A stretch of DNA of 64,000 nt from an uncultured Gammaproteobacteria bacterium (GTDB lineage: Bacteria > Patescibacteriota > Patescibacteriia > Patescibacteriales > UBA12465): NCBI GenBank assembly GCA_964616855.1, contig CAZTUJ010000001.1, positions 3,872 to 67,871 of the forward strand, written 5' to 3'. Every line of letters begins with the position of its first letter. The first letter of the stretch is position 1. Of this stretch, positions 26,746-35,193 are shown one piece after another. Position numbers and translations under genes: made by a program. Below the pieces are notes generated by a model. It did no database searches and was not told where the DNA came from. It was given only the letters and a program-made list of their open reading frames with translations.

Positions 26746-26941
26746 TAGTTAGGGCGGAGCCGGTAAAAGCCCCACCACAAGTAATATCAGCTGTTAGGGT
26801 GGTATTTTCGATTACAGTGTCGCCACAGGCACAGGGCATAGCCCCGCCGCAATTGGCGGCCTGAGCTATATTTATGTGCATTCCCGCTATAGCTATGATG
26901 GCAACTATGCTGGTAAATAGTATATTTTTAGGCAAAAACAT
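26675..26941 (-). pseudogene. N-terminal fragment of a secreted right-handed beta-helix (NosD-like) repeat protein
   Basis: A signal peptide is followed by CGGAMPCACGDTVIENTTLTADITC..ALTIGASDITLNGGG. The frame then runs into out-of-frame HAD sequence and stops. Confidence 0.6.
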
Positions 26942-27100
26942 GTTTTTTGTTTAATTTTTATAATTATATCATAGCTTATTTAGGGTCTAAATACAAAATT
27001 ATTATTATTAAATTCTTATTTATTATCTAATATTAGTATTATTTTTTTAAATTAGTCTTTTCTATTTTATTGCCATAATTTAGGTGATTATGCTTAATTC

Positions 27101-27129
27101 TTGACAAATAGTATTTTATATGTTATAAT
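27101..27129 (+). promoter_or_regulatory. Consensus sigma70 promoter with extended -10
   Basis: TTGACA (27101-27106), a 17-nt spacer ending in TGT, then TATAAT (27124-27129). Confidence 0.75.
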
Positions 27130-27168
27130 GTCTTTATTAAGTTGAGCTTCTTTAACAAACAGGATTAG

Positions 27169-27222
27169 ATTGGATTAATTACTAAGAGCGCCTGCCAAGA
27201 CGAGTTTAGTAATTAATCCAAT
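27169..27222 (+). promoter_or_regulatory. Perfect 17-bp hairpin in the 5' UTR of the lipoprotein gene
   Basis: ATTGGATTAATTACTAA (27169-27185) pairs with TTAGTAATTAATCCAAT (27206-27222). The loop is 20 nt and GC-rich (GAGCGCCTGCCAAGACGAGT). Confidence 0.7.
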
Positions 27223-27260
27223 GTTTCAAATCTTAATTTCTAACCCAAAACCAATTAATC

Positions 27261-27770
27261 ATGAAAAACCTGTTTTTATTAGCCGTAATGGCGATTGCTC
27301 TTCTGAGCGCATGTAGCAACAACAACGAAACCAAGCCGGATACTTCCTGGCTCACAGACAGCTCTGCCGCCGTTACCGCGCCCGCTGAAGTCGCCACACC
27401 CAAAATTGTGATCCCGGAAAAAATCGGGGTGAGTAAGATGGAAACGAAGTTTACCCCATTCCCCAAATTTGACGGGGGAGAAGGATATGAACTCAATTTT
27501 ACCATCGGACTTAAACTCAAAACCGACAGCGCTTCCCGCGAAATCCCGGTCCATACGGTTGCCTTTAGCCCCACTAAAGGAGGTTCCGATCAGGATATCG
27601 ACGTGCTGATAGCACAGAAAACGTACAATGCTATTTACACTGCAAACCCTGAAGATGTTAGGGTTACCATCTTAGATAACCATGTTACAAAAATTGCCAC
27701 CGCTGAAAAGTGGGAGGGCAACAAATTTACGCCCGCTGTCATTTTATGGCAGGACCCAACCTTTAAATAG
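27261..27770 (+). CDS. Hypothetical lipoprotein (169 aa)
   Basis: Signal peptide with lipobox LLSAC (MKNLFLLAVMAIALLSACSNN). It is flanked by a strong promoter and terminator. I recognise no family. Confidence 0.75.
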   Translation: MKNLFLLAVMAIALLSACSNNNETKPDTSWLTDSSAAVTAPAEVATPKIVIPEKIGVSKMETKFTPFPKFDGGEGYELNFTIGLKLKTDSASREIPVHTVAFSPTKGGSDQDIDVLIAQKTYNAIYTANPEDVRVTILDNHVTKIATAEKWEGNKFTPAVILWQDPTFK

Positions 27771-27789
27771 GCAATAAATCGTTCATTGA

Positions 27790-27820
27790 AAAAAGACCCG
27801 ACACACCCGGGCCTTTTTTT
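27790..27820 (+). terminator. Intrinsic terminator after the lipoprotein gene
   Basis: AAAAAAGACCCG-ACACAC-CCGGGCC followed by TTTTTTT. The stem has one mismatch. Confidence 0.65.
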
Positions 27821-27821
27821 A

Positions 27822-27851
27822 TAAAAAAAACAAGTCTGAGCTTGTTTTTTT
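27822..27851 (-). terminator. Intrinsic terminator after tRNA-Ala (minus strand)
   Basis: Stem ACAAG / CTTGT with a 6-nt loop, flanked by A8 and T7 runs. Confidence 0.6.
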
Positions 27852-27862
27852 AAAAGTATTTG

Positions 27863-27935
27863 TGGACCCTACAGGACTCGAACCTGCCACCCCCTGCTTG
27901 CAAAGCAGGTGCTCTACCAGATGAGCTAAGGGCCC
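27863..27935 (-). tRNA. tRNA-Ala (anticodon TGC)
   Basis: Reverse complement GGGCCCTTAGCTCATCTGGTAGAGCACCTGCTTTGCAAGCAGGGGGTGGCAGGTTCGAGTCCTGTAGGGTCCA. The G3:T70 Ala identity pair is present. Confidence 0.92.
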
Positions 27936-27985
27936 TCTTACTCGATAAAGCTTAGTTTACCGAGATTATTAGGACTAGTCAATAT

Positions 27986-28228
27986 TTATTGTTTAGGAAT
28001 CAGTGGGCTTAGTAACCAAGTGAAGAAACTGCTACCGTTGCCGCTCATAAAGACGATGCCCAGGAAGATGGCAATGATGCCTAAAATCTTGTAGCCTAGG
28101 CGGGAACCGCCTTCGGTGCCAAGTTTATCTTCAAACCAAGTAATACGGCCAAAGTTCTCTAGAAACCATTCCGTCTTTAGGATTAAGACGGCGCCGACGG
28201 CAATAATAATGATGCCAAGGATAATCAT
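27986..28228 (-). CDS. Small two-TM membrane protein (80 aa)
   Basis: Two hydrophobic helices flank a short polar loop. The gene starts 8 nt after the M23 peptidase stop. Confidence 0.6.
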   Translation of the reverse strand: MIILGIIIIAVGAVLILKTEWFLENFGRITWFEDKLGTEGGSRLGYKILGIIAIFLGIVFMSGNGSSFFTWLLSPLIPKQ

Positions 28229-28235
28229 ATTTTTT

Positions 28236-29561
28236 TTATTTAATATAATTTAAGGGGTTATATCTAGTTCCGTTGATAATGACTTCAAAGTGAAGGTGGG
28301 AGCCAGTGGAGCGGCCGGTTGAACCCATTAAAGCAATCAGTTGACCCTTTTCCACGTCTTCACCTTTCTTCACTAATAATTTAGAGGCGTGGCCATAGCG
28401 AGTTTTTTTACCACCACCATGATTAATTACAATCGTATTACCATAGCCACCATTATAGCCGCCCTGGGAAATTTCCACCGTGCCAGAATCGGCGGCATAG
28501 ATCGGCGTTCCGACTTTATTAGCAATATCAACACCGTTATGTTTCCAAGAGAAATATTGAGTGATGCGATTACCGGCTGTGGGCCAGGTCATCTTATTGC
28601 TACTAACAATTGGTTTATCCGAGGAAACAATATCTTTAATAACCGCGATGCCAGAATAGCTGCTTTGGGAAGTATTTTTAGCGATATTACTACTAACACT
28701 GCGTTTAACACCGGGGATGATTAATTGCTGGCCGATAGAGATTGAGCCGGCCCCACTTAAATTATTACTGGCAATAATCTTATCAACATCTAAATCATAA
28801 TCTTGAGCGAGTTTGCCGATCGTATCGCCACGTTTAACGGTATAGAGAAAGCCGTCACTGGGTAGAATCGTGAGATCATCGCCCGCGCGGATAATACTGA
28901 AGGCACCGAGATTGTTAGCCCAGAGGACGGTATTAACGTTAAGGCGGAAGCGCCGGGCAATCGTGCTGATCGTATCGCCCGCTTGGACAGTATAAGTGGT
29001 AATAGTTTTACGTTCAGTTGGAGTTTCAGCGGTGGCATCTTCTCCCTCAGACACAGTCCCGATTTGCCTAGGCTTACTTAAGCCACTCCCATTTTTAGCA
29101 ATAACTGTTTCGTTGCTTTCTTCTGTTTCTGGAGTAACACTGCGGGGTGCACTCACAGCACTTTTTTTACCAAGATATTTTTCGGCCCCTAAAACTTGCA
29201 GGTTCATGGCAACGGCGGTCTCCTGAATTAGCTCGTCGTTATCTTGGCCGATATCGCTGAATTCATTTTTGACAATTTCTGCCATAACGCTCTTTCGGCT
29301 TTTGCCGACAGCGGCACTAGCTTGTTTTTTGTCGCCGATATTTAGGATGATGGCTGAGGAGATGAGAATAAGAGCGGCCACATGAAAGGATTTTTTCTTG
29401 ATGAGCTCTCTTTTTGATTGTCGGCCTAAATCATACTTTTTTACTCTAAAAATAAGGTAGTAGAGGTGGGTAAAGGGTCGATAAAGGAGAAATTTGCCTA
29501 GCAAAAACAAAGGCTTGATTAGAGCCGGGACGGCCGTTGCAATTAGCTCTTTTAAGCCCAT
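28236..29561 (-). CDS. LysM domain-containing M23 family metallopeptidase (peptidoglycan endopeptidase)
   Basis: 441 aa with an N-terminal TM region, two LysM repeats (YTVQAGDTISTIARRF; YTVKRGDTIGKLAQDY), and M23 motifs HNGVDI and GSTGRSTGSHLHFEV. Confidence 0.92.
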   Translation of the reverse strand: MGLKELIATAVPALIKPLFLLGKFLLYRPFTHLYYLIFRVKKYDLGRQSKRELIKKKSFHVAALILISSAIILNIGDKKQASAAVGKSRKSVMAEIVKNEFSDIGQDNDELIQETAVAMNLQVLGAEKYLGKKSAVSAPRSVTPETEESNETVIAKNGSGLSKPRQIGTVSEGEDATAETPTERKTITTYTVQAGDTISTIARRFRLNVNTVLWANNLGAFSIIRAGDDLTILPSDGFLYTVKRGDTIGKLAQDYDLDVDKIIASNNLSGAGSISIGQQLIIPGVKRSVSSNIAKNTSQSSYSGIAVIKDIVSSDKPIVSSNKMTWPTAGNRITQYFSWKHNGVDIANKVGTPIYAADSGTVEISQGGYNGGYGNTIVINHGGGKKTRYGHASKLLVKKGEDVEKGQLIALMGSTGRSTGSHLHFEVIINGTRYNPLNYIK

Positions 29562-29730
29562 GAGTATTTTCAGGCCTAGGAGTAGAGATTCAATGGCTAT
29601 TTTCTTCAGTTTTAAGTTTTTCTTAGGAATAAAATGATTATCTTAAGTTCTTCCATACTACCATCTAAGTTCGGGCGGAGTCAATTTTTATAATACAAAA
29701 TTGTTAAAAGTTAGCGATAATTTGAGCTTA

Positions 29731-31251
29731 TTAGTATTTTAAGAAACATTTTCCATCCATCTCTTTTGGCTGTTTTAGGCCCATAATTTTCAAGATGCTG
29801 GGAGCGACATCTTTTAGGCCGGCACCTTTCTCAATCTTAGCTTTTTTTAATTTTGCATCTTCCGAAATTAATAATACTGGTACGGGATTGATAGTATGGC
29901 TTGTCGCTACACCAGCACTTTTATCTTCGGCGTTGCCATGATCAGCCAAGATGAGACAGCTATAGCCTGAAGTTAAGGCCATCTTAACGATCTCACCTTG
30001 GGCTTTATCAACGGCCTCTATAGCTTTTGTGATAATTTGTATTTTTCCGGTATGACCAACCATGTCGCCGTTGACTAAATTTACAACAATGAAGTCATAT
30101 TTTTTACTCTTTATTTCCTTTACTAGGCGAGAGGCAATTTTCGGGGCGCTCATTTCCGGCTGTAAATCGTAGGTGGCAACTTTTGGTGAATTAATTAGAA
30201 TTCTATCCTCGCCTTTGTTCGCTTTTTCTTTTTGTCCGTTAAAGAAAAAAGTAACATGAGCGTATTTTTCAGTTTCACTGATACGAAGTTGTTTTAGGTC
30301 AGAACGGCTGAGACATTCTCCTAGCAAGTTGTTTAAAGATATATTGGGGAAGGCGACCAGGGCGCTCATTGGTTGGTAGTATTGCGTCATAGCGGTGAAA
30401 CTGACGGGAATAATTTGTCTTTTAAAGCCGATGAATTTTTTTTCTATAATTGCTTTTGTTAGTTGTCGCGGACGATCGGTGCGGAAGTTAAAAAAGATGA
30501 CGCTATCTTTTTTATTAAAGCCTAAATAATTATTTAAGACTTTTGGTTTGATAAATTCATCGGTTTCTCCTTGTTGATGGCACTCTTTTATTTTTTCTAA
30601 AGCGTTAGTAAATTTTTCTCCTCTTCCTTGGACAATTGCCTCATAGGCGAGCTTAGTTCGCGTCCATCTATTATCTCGGTCCATGGCATAATATCTTCCC
30701 GTCATACTTGCTATTTGGCCGAAGCCGATAGATTTTATTTTTCTTTGCAAGGCGGATAGGTGCTTTAAACTTTCTGTTACCGGAGCATCGCGCCCATCAG
30801 TAATTACGTGGATATAGACATCTTTAAAATTATTTTTTACACACAAATCTAGTAGGGCAAAGAGATGCTTAATATGCGCGTGTACTCCTTGGTCTTGAAG
30901 CAGGCCGATAAGGTGTAATTTGGTTTTATTTTTTTTACATTTACGGATGGCTTCTAAAAGCGCCTCATTCTTAAAGAAGGCTCCGTTTTTTATATCTTTA
31001 TTGATCCGCGCCATTGATTGGAAGATTTGCCGGCCAGAGCCAATAGTTAAATGTCCGACTTCAGAGTTGCCTTGGTAGCCCTTTTCTAAGCCAACAGCTT
31101 CGCCGCTAGCCGCTAAGAGCCCGTGGGGGTAGTTTTTAAGATATAAATCTTCATTAGGAGTTTTAGCTAGGGCGATAGGGTTGTCTTTCTTTTTAGGATT
31201 ATAACCCCAGCCATCACGGATTATTAGAATTATTGGCTTGTTTGTCTTCAT
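29731..31251 (-). CDS. gpmI: 2,3-bisphosphoglycerate-independent phosphoglycerate mutase
   Basis: 506 aa. IILIIRDGWG, NSEVGHLTIGSGR and LADHGNAE are typical iPGM motifs. Confidence 0.93.
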   Translation of the reverse strand: MKTNKPIILIIRDGWGYNPKKKDNPIALAKTPNEDLYLKNYPHGLLAASGEAVGLEKGYQGNSEVGHLTIGSGRQIFQSMARINKDIKNGAFFKNEALLEAIRKCKKNKTKLHLIGLLQDQGVHAHIKHLFALLDLCVKNNFKDVYIHVITDGRDAPVTESLKHLSALQRKIKSIGFGQIASMTGRYYAMDRDNRWTRTKLAYEAIVQGRGEKFTNALEKIKECHQQGETDEFIKPKVLNNYLGFNKKDSVIFFNFRTDRPRQLTKAIIEKKFIGFKRQIIPVSFTAMTQYYQPMSALVAFPNISLNNLLGECLSRSDLKQLRISETEKYAHVTFFFNGQKEKANKGEDRILINSPKVATYDLQPEMSAPKIASRLVKEIKSKKYDFIVVNLVNGDMVGHTGKIQIITKAIEAVDKAQGEIVKMALTSGYSCLILADHGNAEDKSAGVATSHTINPVPVLLISEDAKLKKAKIEKGAGLKDVAPSILKIMGLKQPKEMDGKCFLKY

Positions 31252-31361
31252 ATTTTTAAATTATTTTTTGCTTTAAGAATTTTGCTCGTTATTTATACAT
31301 TAATATTATAGCAAATCTCATTTTTAGCCAACCACAGAAACTTTTATTAAATGGTCATAAT

Positions 31362-31388
31362 AAAAAATCTCCAGTATGGAGATTTTTA
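31362..31388. terminator. Bidirectional terminator between the SIS-like gene and gpmI
   Basis: AAAAA, stem ATCTCCA / TGGAGAT with loop GTA, then TTTTTA. Confidence 0.7.
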
Positions 31389-31413
31389 TGTATTTATTTT
31401 GTTTTATTCTAAT

Positions 31414-32334
31414 TTAATTTCCTGACACAATAATATCAAAAGGTTTGGCGCCGGGATAGGCTTTGTAGCCATAATCCTTGCAGAATTTACTGATATTGGG
31501 CCGGAAGTAGTCAGTGTGGGAATCTTGAATTAGGCCGATGAGAAAGTATGACAGCGCCATCGTCCAAGCTTTACCCGCTCCTTTCGGAGCTTTGATTTGC
31601 AGGCGGTTTTGGGGATCGCCAAAATATTTATTTTCTCCCAAGCTGATAACCAGCTCTTTTTTCTCTCTGATTACGAATTTGGCATGTCTGGCTTCGCCGT
31701 AGGAAAAGGCACGGATCGATAGATTTGGACCAAAGAGTTCGCTCTTCTTGATTTCCAGCATGGGTGCAATCGCTGCCCATTCATCCGGCAAGACGAAGGC
31801 ATAGGCAGAGTATTTTTTAAAATTTTTGGGGAGTTTTAATTTAAGGATAAATCTGGCAATATCTTCGGCTTTTTCTCCGCTAGCCGCTAACATCATCCCG
31901 AGGTAGGTCGAGGTATTATAGGTATATGGTTCCGGTAATTTGCGAAAAGCATAAACTTCATCCGCTAGTTTGGCAGCACTGGAAGTAGGTGAACAAGTGA
32001 GGAGGACGGTCTTTAAACCTGCTTTTTTTGCCATTTTTGTTTCCCAAATTGAATCTTTTTCGCCGGAAGCTGAAATAATGACAGCATGGCTAATAGTTTT
32101 GTTTTTAATTAAGTCGCGATAGCGTTTAAGCATCTCCGAAAAATTACTTTCATTAGCGAAGAAAGCTTTTTGTCCGTCGAAGATGGCCTGTCCAGTGTTA
32201 TAGGCGTTACCGCTACCAACGACAAGGGGAAAGGGGTATTTTTTTAGGTTTAAGCGGGGCGGACGGTTTTTTTGAAAAAAATCTAGCGCCTTTAAGACGC
32301 TGAGGTTGAGGGAATCTAGTTCCATAGTCTTCAT
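31414..32334 (-). CDS. Divergent SIS-domain-like protein (putative sugar-phosphate isomerase/binding)
   Basis: 306 aa. VVGSGNAYNTGQA and IISASGEKDSI...GLKTVLLTC resemble the SIS fold glycine loop and the S-x-S-G motif. The assignment is tentative. Confidence 0.4.
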   Translation of the reverse strand: MKTMELDSLNLSVLKALDFFQKNRPPRLNLKKYPFPLVVGSGNAYNTGQAIFDGQKAFFANESNFSEMLKRYRDLIKNKTISHAVIISASGEKDSIWETKMAKKAGLKTVLLTCSPTSSAAKLADEVYAFRKLPEPYTYNTSTYLGMMLAASGEKAEDIARFILKLKLPKNFKKYSAYAFVLPDEWAAIAPMLEIKKSELFGPNLSIRAFSYGEARHAKFVIREKKELVISLGENKYFGDPQNRLQIKAPKGAGKAWTMALSYFLIGLIQDSHTDYFRPNISKFCKDYGYKAYPGAKPFDIIVSGN

Positions 32335-32442
32335 ATTTTTAATAATTTGCCTAATTTTATTGACGTTTCCATTATAACGGATATTGATTTTTATTTCAAT
32401 TTAGGATAAGATTGGGGCGTAAATAATTAATTTCAAAAAAGT

Positions 32443-33165
32443 ATGTCCGGACACTCTAAGTGGGCGACTACCCATCGCCAAAAGGAATTGGTTGATGCTA
32501 AGCGTGGCGCCATTTTTACCAAATTAGCCAACATTATTTCTATTGCCGCCAAAAAGGGCGGTGATCCTGACTCTAACCCGACTTTGCGGGCGGCCGTTGA
32601 CCGAGCGCGGGAAGCGAGTATGCCTAAAGATAATATCGAGAGAGCAATTAAAAAGGGTACGGGTGAATTGGGCGGCAATCAGGTAGAAGAATTATATTAT
32701 GAGGGTATTGGTCCGGCCGGTGTTCAGGTTATTGTTAAATGTGTCACCGATAATCGTAATCGCAGTGCCTCCACCGTTCGCCACGCCTTTTCTAAAAACG
32801 GTGGTTCTTTCGGAGCAGTGATGTGGAATTTTGAGCAAGCCGGGGTTATATTGCTCAGCCAGGCGGAACTGGCGGCCAAGAAAATTAGTTTTGAAGATTT
32901 TGAATTGGAATTAATTGATAACGGTGCTAATGATATTATTCAAGCAGATGAAGGCCTGACTATTTATACGGTCTTAAGTGATTTTCAAAAAATTCAGGAT
33001 TTTCTCAAAACTAAAGGTTTAAAGCCGGAGTCGGCAGAAATAGAATATGTTGCTAAAGAAAAAGCCACTTTGGTCGCGACCGATCAAGAAAAGTGTGATA
33101 AGTTTTTAGAAGAACTGGAAGATAATGAAGACGTCAGCGATTACTATACTAATCTCGCGGATTAA
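32443..33165 (+). CDS. YebC/PmpR family DNA-binding regulator
   Basis: 240 aa with the family-defining N-terminus MSGHSKWATTHRQKELVDAKRG. Confidence 0.93.
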   Translation: MSGHSKWATTHRQKELVDAKRGAIFTKLANIISIAAKKGGDPDSNPTLRAAVDRAREASMPKDNIERAIKKGTGELGGNQVEELYYEGIGPAGVQVIVKCVTDNRNRSASTVRHAFSKNGGSFGAVMWNFEQAGVILLSQAELAAKKISFEDFELELIDNGANDIIQADEGLTIYTVLSDFQKIQDFLKTKGLKPESAEIEYVAKEKATLVATDQEKCDKFLEELEDNEDVSDYYTNLAD

Positions 33166-33234
33166 TTTGGATAATAGTGATTATTATTTATTAAGGCTCG
33201 GAAGAAGATTTTGGCTGATTCCGAGCCGCTATGT

Positions 33235-33714
33235 ATGGAAAAAATTGTCTTAGGTATTGATCCCGGCATTGCTGACACCGGTTACGGTTTTATCCGCGTT
33301 AGTGGTAGTCGTTTAGAATGTTTAGAATATGGCTCCATTAAAACTCCGGCCGGCTCCGCTTTGCCCGAGAGATTAGAACTTTTATATAGCGAGCTGAAGC
33401 GTCTATTAAAAAAACATCGTCCGCAGGTGGCGGCCGTGGAGCAGTTATTTTTTAACAAGAATGTCCGGACTGCTTTAATTGTCGGTCAGGCGCGCGGAGT
33501 AGCCTTACTTGCTATTAGCCAAGCGGGAATACCTCTTTCCGACTTTACCCCCGCCCAGGTGAAACTGGCCGTTTCTGCTTATGGCCAAGCCTCTAAGCTT
33601 CAAGTACAGAAAATGGTAAAATTGATTTTAAATTTAAAAGAATTACCTCAGCCCGATGATGCGGCCGACGCTTTAGCGGTTGCCATCTGCGGCGCTAATC
33701 ATCATCGTTATTAG
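33235..33714 (+). CDS. ruvC: Crossover junction endodeoxyribonuclease RuvC
   Basis: 159 aa from MEKIVLGIDPGIADTGYG, with a C-terminal DAADALAVAICG. The upstream TTG at 33211 lies inside a hairpin loop and adds non-homologous residues. Confidence 0.9.
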   Translation: MEKIVLGIDPGIADTGYGFIRVSGSRLECLEYGSIKTPAGSALPERLELLYSELKRLLKKHRPQVAAVEQLFFNKNVRTALIVGQARGVALLAISQAGIPLSDFTPAQVKLAVSAYGQASKLQVQKMVKLILNLKELPQPDDAADALAVAICGANHHRY

Positions 33715-35192
33715 TGAAAATTATGAGTAAGACTCTAAGAATCGTCCATATTGCCTCCGAAGTTTCGCCTTTTTCCAAAACGGGCGGGCTTGCTGATGTC
33801 GCTCGGAGTTTGCCCAAATCGCTTAAGCGTCTAGGTCACGATGTTCGTTTGATTACGCCTTTATATACTAAAGTTATCAGCAAGACGGAACATAAACTTA
33901 AGCCTTTGTTTATGAATGTAAAGCTGATGCTTAATTCCACCGAAAGTATTGTGGTAAATTATTGGCAGGGGCAATTAATGGAAGACTTGCCCGTGTATTT
34001 TATTGAGTGCCCGAAATATTTTTCCAAGCATAAGCGTTTGTATGGCTCTAGCCATGAGAATGCTCGTTTTTTAGTTTTTGATGTGGCTGCTTTAAAACTT
34101 CTATCCTTATTAAAATTTGAGGTTGATATTATTCACTGTCATGACTGGCAGACCGGTTTAATTCCTTACTATCTCAAACATGATTTTCGTTATTCTAAAA
34201 CTTTGAAAAATGCGAAAACTGTTTTTACTATTCATAATTTAATTTTTCAATTTGGTCACAATTGGTGGGAGGTGCCGAATGAACATAAGGATTATGGACG
34301 GGGCCAGCTGCCACATCTTGATAATCCTCAATTGGAAAATATTAATTTTGCTAAGCGGGGAATCTTATCTGCGGACATTATTAATACCGTGAGTGAACAG
34401 TATCGTTCGGAAATAATGACTAAGCGTTTTGGTCAGGACTTACACCGGATTTTGCGTAACCGTTCTGATCGTCTTTTTGGGATTATCAACGGCATTGATT
34501 ATAATGCCTATAATCCTGAAAAAGATCCGGGCTTAGTACAGCGTTATAGCGCTCAATCTCTGGGCAAGCGCTTATCGGCAAAGAAAGCCAATAAATTAGC
34601 GCTTCAGGCCCGGGTGGGTTTACCTCAAGAAGCCCTGACGCCAATGTTGTGCACGACTTCTCGAGTTACTTTTCAAAAAGGCTTTAATCTTATCCTTGAT
34701 ATTATTCCTTCACTTTTGCGCTTAGATATTCAGTTAGTGTTTATGGGCGATGGTAATCAGGAATATATCCAACCTCTAAAAAAATTACAGAAGAAATTTG
34801 GTCGAAAATTAGTTTGGCTGCCCTTTGATGACAAATTAGAAACCGCTCTTTACGCCGCCTCTGATCTTTTTCTCCTTCCTTCTAATCATGAGCCCTGTGG
34901 TATTAATCAATTAATTGCGATGCGTTACGGCTGTATTCCGGTGGTCAGGGAAATTGGTGGCTTATATGATACCGTCGAAGATTATAATCCGGCCACTGGT
35001 CGGGGTAATGGTTTTAGTTTCCAGCAAGAAGATGCTTTAGATTTTTTTGGTGCAATCGTTCGTGGTTTAGAAAATTACAGTCACCGTTTGTCTTGGGAGG
35101 CCTTGGTGAAGCAAGCCATGAAGCAGTCTAACAGTTGGGAAATACCGGCTAAAAAATATGTCCAGCTTTATCGCCGGGCAAAACGTTTATAA
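33714..35192 (+). CDS. glgA: Glycogen/starch synthase (GT5), paralog 1
   Basis: 492 aa with KTGGLADV near the N-terminus and a C-terminal PSNHEPCGINQLIAMRYG. The GTG at 33714 overlaps the ruvC stop; the ATG at 33723 is an alternative start. Confidence 0.88.
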   Translation: MKIMSKTLRIVHIASEVSPFSKTGGLADVARSLPKSLKRLGHDVRLITPLYTKVISKTEHKLKPLFMNVKLMLNSTESIVVNYWQGQLMEDLPVYFIECPKYFSKHKRLYGSSHENARFLVFDVAALKLLSLLKFEVDIIHCHDWQTGLIPYYLKHDFRYSKTLKNAKTVFTIHNLIFQFGHNWWEVPNEHKDYGRGQLPHLDNPQLENINFAKRGILSADIINTVSEQYRSEIMTKRFGQDLHRILRNRSDRLFGIINGIDYNAYNPEKDPGLVQRYSAQSLGKRLSAKKANKLALQARVGLPQEALTPMLCTTSRVTFQKGFNLILDIIPSLLRLDIQLVFMGDGNQEYIQPLKKLQKKFGRKLVWLPFDDKLETALYAASDLFLLPSNHEPCGINQLIAMRYGCIPVVREIGGLYDTVEDYNPATGRGNGFSFQQEDALDFFGAIVRGLENYSHRLSWEALVKQAMKQSNSWEIPAKKYVQLYRRAKRL

Positions 35193-35193
35193 T

